DNA from: Balanoglossus misakiensis
Taxonomy: Eukaryota > Animalia > Hemichordata
Direction: 5' to 3'
Assembly: GCA_040954595.2 (NCBI GenBank)
Contig: CM082588.2
Span: 1,678,927 to 1,742,926 of the forward strand
DNA length: 64,000 nucleotides
The notes under the pieces are model-generated. The model had not been told where the DNA came from. It saw only the letters and a list, made by a program, of their open reading frames with translations, and ran no database searches. Below, piece by piece: positions 1 to 11,300 of this stretch (positions are counted from its first letter, which is position 1; every line of letters starts with the position of its first letter). The position numbers and the translations under genes were made by a program.

Positions 1-279
1 TCTGTATAACAAGAATTTGTCATCTATCTGTTTCATTTTTTGCTGCTAAAAGATTTGGTGAATACCCAAACATTGTTTAGCTAATTGTAGACTTTGCTAC
101 AAAGTTTGATGTTTTAGCTAATGATGAACTTCCGTGTACAGAACACATTTCGGGAGTTTTTTCTCACTCACCTAGGTAGCAAAAACTTATTGAAGTTAGA
201 GAGGATACATCATGTACATTGCATAACTATAAATCAAAACCAATGGCACAGGAAACTATAGTTTTGCCGATTAACGTAC

Positions 280-502
280 CGATTTCGCGAGTGACTCGAA
301 CCAGCTGCCGCAAAGCCCCTGCAACCTCGCTCTTATTCTGCTTGCTATGGACTTCCAAAGTCAGAGTCAATTCGTCCCAACTTCTCTCCTCCTGTCTTTT
401 ACGCGACCTTTTCGACCCAATCTGCTCGTTCTCTGGGCTGTCTGTATTTAATGTGACATTCGAAAAGGCCCTCAAGGCGCCTGTTAACCTCGGTAACTCC
501 AT
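280..502 (-). CDS. ASCC3: Activating signal cointegrator 1 complex subunit 3 (Ski2-like helicase), first coding exon; gene continues beyond the left edge
   Basis: ATG at 502 gives MELPRLTGALRAFSNVT...KRSRK...LRQLVRVTREI, matching the ASCC3 N-terminus as I recall it (human MALPRLTGALRSFSNVT...KRSK). Phase-1 donor G|GTACGT at 280/279. Confidence 0.88.
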
Positions 503-1418
503 CGCATCAACCTTCCATATTGTAGTTGTACCCAATGACACATATCACTACTTCAGCTGTTCATATGTATGATTGCATGCTCAGCTGCAATACCGGAAGT
601 TGACGTATTGACATTATATTTGTTGTGGGCACTTCTCTTCTTTACTCGAGTAATGAAAATGCATGGTAATATGGAAAATGCCTAATTTATGCTCGTAAGG
701 GACTTAAAAAGTAAAACTAAAGCATCGGACGAAAACTACACTACATATGATCCACAATCCGGCCCAAAGATCGCACAAAATCGACTTTAGATGCGAAAAA
801 ACGGCATGTGTATGTCACTATGAATGATGCTGTTGGCAATGCTAGTGTTGTAAAGTTGCATTGAAATTTCTCCCCAACGACACATATCACCACTCTTCAT
901 GCATTGCATTTGGACAATGCATCAGTTGTGTTCTTAGGGGACTTAAAAAAGTAAAATCGGAAGCTTCGGGCAAGCCGTAAAGTATTTTTCGCAAACTGAA
1001 AGTATCAAGCATCAAATCGATTGAGAATTCAGCCTTGGATGCAGTTTCGGATTTACTTTCGGGATCAAGTAACTGAATAGTTGTGTGTTTCCAGGAGACC
1101 GTCGTAGTTTCAGTATTTAGTTTAGAACTATAAAAGATGATTACTTTAGCTCAAATTCTCATTATCTGAATATTGATGATATTGCCTAGTTACTTTCAGT
1201 TACTCGAACCCAAAATTGAACCCAAGGCTAACTTCAGCATGACTTCGGTATGCGCCCCCATACCTAACTTCTGACAGCAGACATAGTTCTTTTGTTTTTA
1301 CAAGGTCATTCGGGGCCACTGTACGATTGACACACTGCAAGAACTTTACTTCGCCTCACCCGAATTAGGTTCAGGCTTATATTTTCAGTACATGTAAAAT
1401 ATAAATAGTCGGAATATA
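503..1418. promoter_or_regulatory. Putative bidirectional promoter, ASCC3/CLYBL
   Basis: Head-to-head start codons with 916 bp between them. ETS/GABP-type ACCGGAAGT at 592-600 directly followed by TGACGT (CRE half-site). Locally CpG-enriched. Confidence 0.6.
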
Positions 1419-3255
1419 ATGATTAGGAGAGCCTTATCTCGGAGAGCATCTGCTCTACAGTTGATGTGTTCTGTACACGGAACTAACACGAATACAATTT
1501 TGCCCTCTGCTGCAAAACTATCGAGAGTGTGTGTTGCTCCATCATCAACGTACACCCCCAGAAGGGCGATGTTGTACGTTCCAGGAAACGATGAAAGGAA
1601 GATCAAGAAGATAACAACATTGCAAGCTGATTGTGCTTGTTTGGACTGTGAAGATGGTGTTGCGCTCAATCGGAAGGTTAGTGTAGAGGGGATGATGATG
1701 ATGGTGATGATGATGATTGATGATGATGATGATGATGATAATGGTGATGATGATGATGATGATGATATAAATGTCCTCATTTCTCCTCAGGATGAAGCCA
1801 GGCATACAATCTTGAAGATGCTAGATGAGCTAGACCTGCCACATCTTGACAGGGCTGTCCGCATAAACTCTGTGGACAATCAAACTCTTGCAGATGAAGA
1901 TCTGAAAGTCATCATGCAGGCCAAAAAACTACCAGCAACATTGATGATACCAAAAGTGAATGAACCACAACAACTGCAATGGGTAGATACCGTTTTTTTC
2001 ATTTCTAGTGCCAAATGATCTCCAATTTATTTTTATCTTTGTTCAGGACTCACTTTGCTGATTTCTGACCTCTTTTTATTTTAGGTTTCAGAAAAACTCC
2101 GAGATTCTCTCTCAGGAAGACAACTATCCAAACAAATGAAGTTAGTGATTTTTGTCGAGAGTGCAATAGCATTGTTGAATCTGAGAGAAATCTTACAAAA
2201 GGGTGTTGAGCTATCAAGAGATGGACCATTTCTTTTAGATGGTGTTGTCTTTGGCTCAGATGACTTCTGTGCAGATATTGGTGGGTGTTGACTTTCTATC
2301 TCTTTTCCAGTTTGTAGATCTGTAGATGACTGTAACTACAATGGAGCAGCAACATGTCTTTTTTCTGACTCTGACATAAACAAATGAGAACAGTTCCTGC
2401 AGGTGTTCATGTTAGCATATTGATTATTAGACAGTTTTTTTTTTTTTATCACCAGGTGCAACAAGAACCACTGATGCATCAGAACTGATGTATGCCAGAC
2501 AGAAAGTGGTAATGACTGCAAAAGCTTTCCAGCTACAAGCTATAGACCTTGTTCACATTGACTTTAAAGGTAACAGAACTTTACAAACCATGTTTACCAG
2601 TTTGTGTGGTTTGTCACATAAGAAGGATTATGTCATTTGTGCATTTATAGAGCTTGAGTTACAGTGTTTAGAATGTTGATGATTTCTATTTTGTTTTCAG
2701 ATTCTGAAGGACTTCGAAAACAATCTCTAGAAGGTGCCCGGATGGGCTTTACTGGTGAGTTAATCACTCTTAGTCCTGTTTGATGATATGCAAAGAAACT
2801 GTTGGCTGACTGGCTGAAATGCTTGGTGTCAAAATTGCTGTGGTCTCTCAAAGTGTATTTGTATTGCAGCTTGTGTTCATCATTTTTATGTTGTGGGGAA
2901 AATGTTTTGAATTTTTCAGGAAAGCAAGTAATTCATCCTAACCAAGTAGCCATTGTCCAAGAATGCTTCAGTCCAAGCCAGGACAAAGTCAACTGGGCCA
3001 CAGAACTGGTCAAGGCATTTGAAGGACATCAAGAAAGCGGAAAGGTAAGTGATGTTTGGCATTCACAATGAAAACCCAGTATTTAGATAGATTATGACAT
3101 TTTGTCATTGAAATGGAAATAAAACTACAATCTTCATATTTTCACAGGGAGCCTTCACCTTCTGGGGCAGCATGATTGACATGCCATTACTGCTTCAAGC
3201 CAAGAATATACTCAGACTGTCAGAAACCATATCAAAGCAGCCACCTCCTTCCTAG
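1419..3255 (+). CDS. CLYBL: Citramalyl-CoA lyase / citrate lyase beta-like, mitochondrial (7 exons, about 348 aa)
   Basis: Exons 1419-1676, 1791-1982, 2085-2280, 2456-2569, 2701-2754, 2920-3044, 3148-3255 are all GT-AG and join in frame (1047 nt). Motifs YTPRRAMLYVPG, LDCEDGVA, VFGSDDFCADIGA, GFTGKQVIHPNQ, GAFTFWGSMIDMP. Arg-rich, acid-free N-terminal leader. Confidence 0.95.
1691..1767 (+). repeat. (GAT)n microsatellite in CLYBL intron 1
   Basis: Interrupted run of about 25 GAT/GGT/AAT triplets. Confidence 0.95.
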
Positions 3256-3803
3256 GTGCCGACTCTTGCCAAACAGAAGTAAACACACGACACATTGTCA
3301 TGCCTTTAACAGCAAGTTTATTCAGAAGTGGGAAGTCATGCAAATCAAGGTTAACATTTCTAAAAAAAATACCAAAAATTTCAGTTATCACCACTGCTCA
3401 AATTCCTTCCGTTTTTTTTTTTGTAGTAAAAGCAAGGGAGAAAACCCTGCTTTGAATTAATAACGATGGTTACATGTCCATTTCATCATTGCCTTCCAGT
3501 GTCCTGCGAAATGAGCTTTATTGTTACAGAGCATGTGATTATACAGGTCAAAACGATACATTTCACGACTCAGACTTGAATTTGATTTATGTGTAAAAGT
3601 ACACTGTAGTTTATATAGCAAATGAAGGCTAGAAATGTCCAGAATAGATTGAAATAAACACTGATATAATCACCCTTGCAAATACATGTAGGCTTATTGA
3701 GGCAACCACAGAAAATTTGAAATACCAGTGACTCATTTGCATTTTCTGTAAGATTCCTTTTGAACCCTATAGATCTTATTTAAAATTTCATAATGCAGAT
3801 AAT

Positions 3804-4993
3804 CTAATCTTGCGGAGCTGGTTCGTCATCTGATTCATCATCTTTTGATTTCTCATGTAGAATTACATATTCTCTGGAACTGTATCCAAACTTAACCATG
3901 TCCTTTTCCATCAATTCAACATATCGAGAATGCTCAATTTGTTTGTTGTTGACAAACGTGCCATTGGCAGACTCCAAATCAATGATATACGGCCGCACTT
4001 GCCGCCTCCTAGCACCGTCCTCTCGTTCGTACTCGATCAGTCGGAACTGAAGCACTGCATGCTGTTTGGAGCATGATGGGTGGTCAATGGGAATGTCTGC
4101 TATCGTGCGGTCGCGGCCAAATAGATATGCACTTTGTCTGTGAATGTGGAGAAGAGGCAGCGTTTGTTCCCCTTTGAAGGGATACAAACGCCATCTCTTC
4201 TTGGGTTTCCTCGCGTCTGGAGGTTCATTGTATTTGATGACAACTCCTCTGAATGTGTTTGTCTCTTCTGTAAGTTTCCCAGACAATCCGAAGTTCGGTT
4301 TGTCTTTCTCCTTTGGTTCATCGTCCCCGTTCGCTCCCTGAGAAGACCCTGGTTGCCCGTACTCAAACTCTTCATCCCCCTGGAATGGGTTTGCAGTCCT
4401 GTGTCTCTTGTCCTGCCTCCGTCGTCGGTCATTTTCCTCTCGCTCCTGTTTGACCCTAACATGGCTCAAATCATCCCTCCCATCTTCCCTCTGCCTGCTT
4501 CGGTCTTTTTCATGACGCCCTCTATGTCTCTCCCGATGGCTTTCTCTTCCACCTCTCTCATCACCATGGTAACTGGAAGGCCTGTCTGCGTGTGATCGTT
4601 CTCCTCTGCTTCTCTTCTCCTCTCTGTGACCCCTGTCTCTATGTCGCTCATCTCGGTGTCTGTCATATTCTCTGTCTTCATATTTGTCACTCTCATGCCT
4701 GGTGTGATGATGGCCCTGCCAGGAAATGTATAAAGCACGTTAGATCCTTAAGTTGGCAAGTATAGCTATTGCATTTTTTACTTCAGACAGATATCTTACC
4801 CCTTCCCCTCCATTAAAACAGTAACAACAACAATTCCAATCATAGGGGTTCGCTACTTTTGAAATGAGTGAATGACGTTCGAGAAACCCACGACAATCTC
4901 CACCATTGATCATGTTTCAATGAAATGAACAACACTTACCTGTCTCTTGTGAGGACTTCGACTCCTTGGTCTCTCCTTGTGTTTATCTTTCAT
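3804..4993 (-). CDS. SNIP1: Smad nuclear-interacting protein 1 (RES complex Pml1 orthologue, FHA domain; 2 exons, about 321 aa)
   Basis: Exon 1 4993-4940 (MKDKHKERPRSRSPHKRQ|GTAAGT) and exon 2 4715-3804 join in frame. R/D/E/H-rich N-half, then KPNFGLSGKLTEETNTFRGVVIKYNEPPDARKPKKRWRLYPFK and FHA core GRDR...DHPSCSKQHA...DLESANGTFVN. Confidence 0.95.
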
Positions 4994-5370
4994 TTTCCTA
5001 CAAGAGGTGTCTTGAAGAAATAAGTTTGCTGCAAATAGGATCAGGTTTTCTACAAACTAAACCGTGCACAACGATCTGGTTTTATTTGTTGAGATATACG
5101 TAAGGACGCTCGTAACTGTTTGGGAGAGTGTAGATTTATAAAATGGCTGCCTTTAATGTTGTTATTAATGTTTTCAGACAAATTCTTGTAAAAAGAATAT
5201 AACATAAAAACAAAAGAATATCAAATAATAACAAAGTGAAAGTGAATATAATTCGTAATACATATTTTGGCAGTGTGTAGAATTATCTGAAGTCGGTAAG
5301 TGTTTACACTGTAGCACAACAATTTATGTGGTGTTAAGGGGTGATTGTACAGGTCATAGGTCATAATAAA
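4994..5370. promoter_or_regulatory. Putative bidirectional promoter, SNIP1/BLOC1S3
   Basis: Only 377 bp between the divergent ATGs. YY1-like AAAATGGC at about 5140 and overlapping the BLOC1S3 ATG. ETS motif CCGGAAGTG at about 5588 in intron 1. Confidence 0.55.
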
Positions 5371-6621
5371 ATGGCGACAAGAGAGGTTGTAAGAGTTGTC
5401 GACGGCGAGGCGTCAGAATCCGATTCTGAAGAAGAGGTAAACACCCACCAAGCTGCTAGAGGTCTGGTTGTAGCGGGAGAAGCCTCGGAAACGGACAGTG
5501 AAGACGAAACGCCTGAAGTACGACCAGGTATTGGCATACCGCCGTTGAAAGGTAACACTATGTCACTAACCATGTCATTGTCACAACCCGGAAGTGTAGT
5601 GATAAAACACAGTGTTCTGCTTCTGCTGAGTTATGGCTCATATATCCCTGTTGGACAATCCTTGTAGTGGGGCTGAGTTGCATGTACATGTGTACCTCTG
5701 ATTTCCTGACAAGGTCAGCCATGGATTCCTACTATTGTTGACTTTCCACCTATCTGATTTCTTGCTCTACAGTTGAACATGGATCAGCGGGGGATAGACT
5801 GTCATTTGCCAGTAGCAGTGAAAGTGATTCCACATCAGATGAGATCAGAAGTAGAAAGAAAGATGTTCCAAAATACGACACGTAAGTCCTGTGATCATGA
5901 ATTATGTACTGTGTTAACTTACACTCCATGTAGCTGTGTGCCCTGATATAGTGATAACACTGTTATTATTCAGTTGCTACAGTACTAACGTGTTGTTGTT
6001 TTCATTTCAATCAACAGGTTACTTCATAGAAAACTCAGTAAGTTTTTATTGATGTATTCACTTTATTTGTATCTTTGAAGCTCGAAAGTTTCAATGGTGA
6101 TTTCCAATCTTGTATTTTTGCAGTTTACCATTGCGATCAGTTTTCTGCCATGTATCCTTTATTTTTTCTCCAGGGGATAGAAATAGTAGCCTAAGGAGCC
6201 ATTTGGAATCAGCAGTCAGTCATGTGTACATGACTAGTAACCGTGACATCAACTCGACCACGCAGCAACTTGTAAAGTCACAGATGCATGTGCAGGTAAG
6301 CCAGTATTTCCATTCCAATGGTCAAATGCAGTAGACACAAAAATCAGTCGCACCACTATTTTTGGTACTGCCTTTGTGTATGAAGTACATTTTATTGTTC
6401 TAATGTCCTGTTTTGTGCTTTTCAAATAGGATGTATCTCACAACTTGCGTGTGCTTTCATCAGACCTGAAATCTTTGCTGAGTAAAGTGGACATTATTGC
6501 CAGCTGTAACATTCTCCCAACTCTGGATGTTCCGGATGACATGATAGACAAGATGATGGAGGCTAACAATAAGGGCAAAGATGATGAAGCTACTATCAAG
6601 GCATATACCCTTGCAGTTTGA
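5371..6621 (+). CDS. BLOC1S3: BLOC-1 complex subunit 3 (5 exons, about 207 aa)
   Basis: Exons 5371-5551, 5773-5881, 6018-6037, 6174-6295, 6430-6621 join in frame. Two copies of the V(D/A)GEASE(S/T)DSE motif typical of BLOS3, then LLHRKL...AVSHVY...DVSHNLRVLSSDL...KVDIIASCNILP. Confidence 0.88.
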
Positions 6622-7186
6622 ACCCATTTGGAAAGAGAAGAGATTTGGAGATAACCATATCGATACCAAACAGCATAGGGTTCTTCTGCATTCTCAGTCG
6701 ATCATGTATCTGTTCACTAACACAACAGACTGACTCATGAATCAAGGCGATGCAGACAGCTTTTATTTGTGCAACTATGAGGAGCAGCAAACATTTATAC
6801 AGTGTATTCCCAAACTATTGTATCAAGTATTTTGATGAGAATATCTGGTACATACATTTTAATTCTAAGATAAAGTCTGGGTGAATTCTCCTTTTGTTTT
6901 GTCAATTAGGCAAAAAAAACAAGAATGTGTAACAGCACCATTAAATAGTAAAAACTTTGTTCCACAAAGCGAAATTCAGCTCAGAGATCAAGACAATTTC
7001 CTTGAAAGTCTCAAAAGGAACAATCATCCCCAAATGCATTATATCTAAACTATAAGCTGGTCAAAGCTTAAAACTACGGTGCCCAGCACCTTAGTCGGTA
7101 AATGTTTGCGGAAGTTGGTGAGAGTGTCGGATTCTGTCCAATTGATGTCTCCACTGGTGTGGGCTGTAGTTCACTTGTCAACGGCT

Positions 7187-10100
7187 TTATTCGCAACTGA
7201 AAAAGAAGTGAAAAAAAAGCTTGTCACGTGAGTGTAAAAAAACTCCTGAAACTCAAATTTTGTATTGTTGAAATACATAGACCTTTATTGTTGTAATGAT
7301 AATGATAATATCACCGTGTTATAAACTTAATTGGTGTAAATAGTACACATTTTTTGTCGATCTTTATTCAGCAGATATGCATGGAGTGCAGTGTGGTGAT
7401 GTGTGTGGTACAGTGTGATGCATGGTGATGTGATTAGGCCAAAGTAAAGCATGAATGTAGCGTAGGGTAGGTAGGATTTTTTTCCTTCTACGACACTCGC
7501 CCATTAATTTAATCACTTTTTTAAATTTCAAAATGGATTTATTCAATCAATTAGTTAATTATGGGAAATATAAGTACCTCAGTTCAGGAATTCTCCAGCT
7601 CTGTCCAAACTCGACAACGTCTGTTGTCTGATAACCATCACGTTTCATGAAGTCATTGTGATCGTTGCCATCAGCGTTGCCGAGGAGACCACAAACATTC
7701 CCAATATAATCAGCGCTGGTGAGTGTAGCGTCTAATATGTGATTACTCCCGTACCATTGAAGAACCAACTTAGCCTCTTTCAGCTTGAGAGTCACGTGAT
7801 CATCTTGTCGGTACACCTTGATATTCTCATCCCCTACGCTGAAGTTCGGTATGACGATTTTCTGACCATTTACCTGAAAGCAAGAGTTTATACTCAATAG
7901 TGATATCACGTAATATTAGTCCCTGTGAGTGACTCCGAGGCAAAGATTCACAGAAATATACGATGATAAATCAATAAAGAGCAATTATCAGGAATAGAAA
8001 AGAACTTTACCTGCACACTGTTATCTTTGGCCAGACTTATTAGAAAATCATCCGCATAAACATCCACGTCAGAAATCCTGCTTCTGATTTCTGGGCCGGT
8101 CAGATCCAGAGGTTCAAATTTCGCCATCACTTCAAACCGTGGCTTGTTGTTCTTACAGTCTCGAACCAAAGTGTGCCAACAGAGGCCGTGGTAACTGAAG
8201 TGTCGCCCGTCAAATGTGGTCAGGTGCGGGTCTCGTTTTGCTGTGCCATACATACATCTGTGTGCCACTGTTTAGAAAATTAAAGGGACATCAGCCGTAA
8301 CTTTTGGCTTAAATTTCAGTATTTTTGTTCTGTGTACCAAGTGTAATTTCTTAGTCTACATCACAAAGCATTCTAGTCTGGACTTCATTCAAATGTACTT
8401 ACAGAAAGTCTCGTTAATAGTCTGTAAGAGAACCTCACTTCCCTGGTATACATACACCAGTAGAGTACAATTGGTATCTTCAGTAAAGGGAGGATCCGGG
8501 TGATATAGAACGCCTAGTGTGGTCACGTGTCTGTCAAGTTGCCCGGTACCGTTGAAATTGGATGCGACTTCTCGTTGTATGGAGTAGTTTAGTGACAATG
8601 GTCTTTCGTCGGATACGTTTATTCGATTGAACCTGACTTGGATGCTGCAGTTCTGCAGACGTGTCACGTTGATGTCCACGTGTAAGGCTTCTGTGTAACA
8701 AAGCAAGAATAAACTCTAATCAAACTGTTGGCATTGTCACGGAATCGATGAACGAAACCACTTATAGGACATTTAGAAACTCCTTGACCAAACTTTTATG
8801 CAACCCAAAAATCAGACCAGGCAGTTTATTCACATATATTAGCACTCTCTTTCAATTAAGAAAAGTAGTGCGGACAAAACTGGTAAAAACAAGTTTGAAC
8901 ATTTGAACAAGCAGACGGGCATCCCAGCTCGGTAGTATTAGTGTTAATACACATTAAACTATTAACGACCGGTTGATAATCTGTACAGCAAGCCAGACAA
9001 ACGTCAGCTGTTGTCTCTATATAGCCTGGACGAAACTCGCGGGGTAGAATATATGAACTCCGAAAGTGTACTTTCGCCAACGGTTTTAACAAAGAAATTC
9101 AAAGGAAATACACCCATGTTAATAATAAGGAAAATATCTCGTTAATCTATAGCCCCAGACAAGAATTGATCTGGACAAAAATCATAAAGTATCGCGTAAA
9201 TACGTGAACGAAAATGTAATGTTTTATTTTTGTAAACGTCACGGCGTGTACCATAATGTTAGTATGTTTATGAATGACATCTGTTGTCAAGATTCCATTA
9301 GAGAATTTTACTGGAAGGACAAAAAAGAAATAAACAACTCTAATTCAAACCATTAGTCTGTGGGCAGTGAAAATACAGCAATAACGGCAGATGATTGAAA
9401 TCCTATTACGATAAACTAAAAAATCATCTTGTGAAATTATCGTGAAATCGCATTAGAAGCGACATGTGCAAGTTATAAACAGAACATTTTCGATTACGTG
9501 TGAGCATGCGTAGTTTGATGGTTGAGTACTTCGTTGATAGTGGGGAATGGACGAAAAAAGGTTTGAGGACTGAGACTGATGTTGTAGACAATGGAGATGA
9601 ATGAGACATTGGCGGACGTTTCACTGATATGAAATCTCTCTCTGTTTTTCTGTCCGTCCATCTTTCTAAAAATAATTCTATTGCAAAACGTATAATTTTA
9701 TGAACAATATGTTGAATCAGTTTTGATAAAATATGATCACTTTACCAATGTCACGTGTGTATCGATCCGACAGTCTATCCAGTAAAATCTACGAGAAAAG
9801 AAAAAGTAATATTGAATCAAATTCATCGGAGATGCCCTCAATTATGACCTGTGAAGTTTAAGGGGTGACTGTACATAATTTTAGTTTATGATCTTTGTAA
9901 TGACAAAAGGTAAATATGACTACAGATCTACAAAAACTTATTTTGGTTTGATAACTGTAAACGGTGTTTTAGGGACGAGTAGAATGCAGGGTACTTTGTC
10001 GGAAAATGCGCAACACATTCTTGAAGCTTTACTGCTCAAATAGCAAACTGCAGATTTACTTCTAATAGATCTAAAAACTACTAGACTAGTATTTTGCCAA

Positions 10101-10236
10101 CACGAAGAATTATTTAAAGACACGACTAGAATTGATTTTGTTGCAATTCAACACTTACCTGTTCGGTGTACATGACAGCTACTGAGCATTGTGCCCAGAC
10201 AGCCAGAAGAACAATCAGGTATCGCCACACTGCCAT
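7187..10236 (-). CDS. Secreted glycoprotein: signal peptide, beta-rich (FN3/Ig-like?) module, C-terminal von Willebrand factor type D domain
   Basis: Exon 1 10236-10159 (MAVWRYLIVLLAVWAQCSVA, signal-peptide-like). Probable exon 9788-9746. Exons 8690-8403 (several N-x-S/T sequons), 8267-8011 (RDPHLTTFDGRHFSYHGLCWHTLVRDC), 7873-7578 (VCGLLGNADG...EFGQSW), 7196-7187 (CE-stop). Exon structure between 9.7 and 8.7 kb is uncertain. Confidence 0.78.
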
Positions 10237-11300
10237 TGAGAACAGATTGAGCCAACACTAAGTGTGCGAGGCGAGTTTCTTTCCGTGTCTCCTCGTCTAC
10301 TACCGTCGCCCGTCTGTGTTGAGTTCGCGCTGTCTCATGTACTAGTACTTACCTCCGTTTTGTTGTTTTAGGTTTTTGTTTTGTTTGAAATTTAATTGTA
10401 TTGATAGCTGGTGCTAGGTATTTGAAGACTGCAAGGTGTTGCACGCTGATTGAATCAGGCATAGTCCCCGAGGTGACTGTCCGTTTCTATCGGAATTTTA
10501 TTTGGTGCACGTCATTTTACTGTTGATGGTTTTGCACATAATGATTCTGGTAATATCTGGTAATGCTGCTTTATTGAGAATTTAGCAAAAAATGTGACAG
10601 AACAAAGATTATACTTAGTCTGTAAAACTTTGAAAGATTTGACAACCTGCATGCACATTTTCGTAAATCTTCTCTCACGACGCAAATGTCTTTTTCTTAT
10701 TATACCGTATCATAATTACCAACTCAGCGAAATTCCGAATATAAATAATGTATATCTATTAATATTATTATTATATGGACATCTGTGCCTTAATGGTAGC
10801 TCGTCTCAACTGTTGACACCGCAACTTATACTTAGGGTAATACCATTATCATTTAATTATGTCCATACATACGACTTTTGCTTATTTCTCTTGTAGTAAT
10901 AAAAACCCTGGGTGCAACGTGCAGTAGTAGTGACGTAGTACCACCGTGTCCATGATGAAACAATCACAGAAGACAAGATACGTTTATCTCCAGTTTGAAA
11001 AGCGTTGCGTCATCAGTGACGTTATGCCAGCGTGGAGTTGATAAAACAATATAAAATACAAAGCACATTTACATCCGTATGTGAAAAATGCATTATTAAA
11101 AAAAAATACACTCCAGTAAGTATAATAAATTATACTATAAAACAGGATAGTCTCTTTTATTGCGATTAACGTTTTCTGTGAAGATTTTAGAGCAGGTGGT
11201 CAATAACCATTTCTCTATCTCTATCTCTACATGGACAGCTTTTCCAAGGCTTCCTTCTTTTCTCAGACTAATTTGTTGTTCTTGATGAAGTATGGCCTAG

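Noticed and set aside
1385-1805. Minus-strand ORFs with poly-S/I/H
   Set aside because: Antisense translations of the (GAT)n microsatellite and CLYBL exon 1.
4100-4738. Overlapping alternative-frame ORFs over SNIP1
   Set aside because: Shadows of a purine-rich, low-complexity coding exon.
6152-6160. GTATCCTTT U12-like donor in BLOC1S3 intron 3
   Set aside because: It lies in the polypyrimidine tract before exon 4, and the gene splices in frame without it.
8280-8330. TTAAAGGGACA... element-end-like sequence (similar single ends near 9858 and 31325; TACTGT-type end near 33595)
   Set aside because: Only one terminus is visible in each case, so no element can be delimited.
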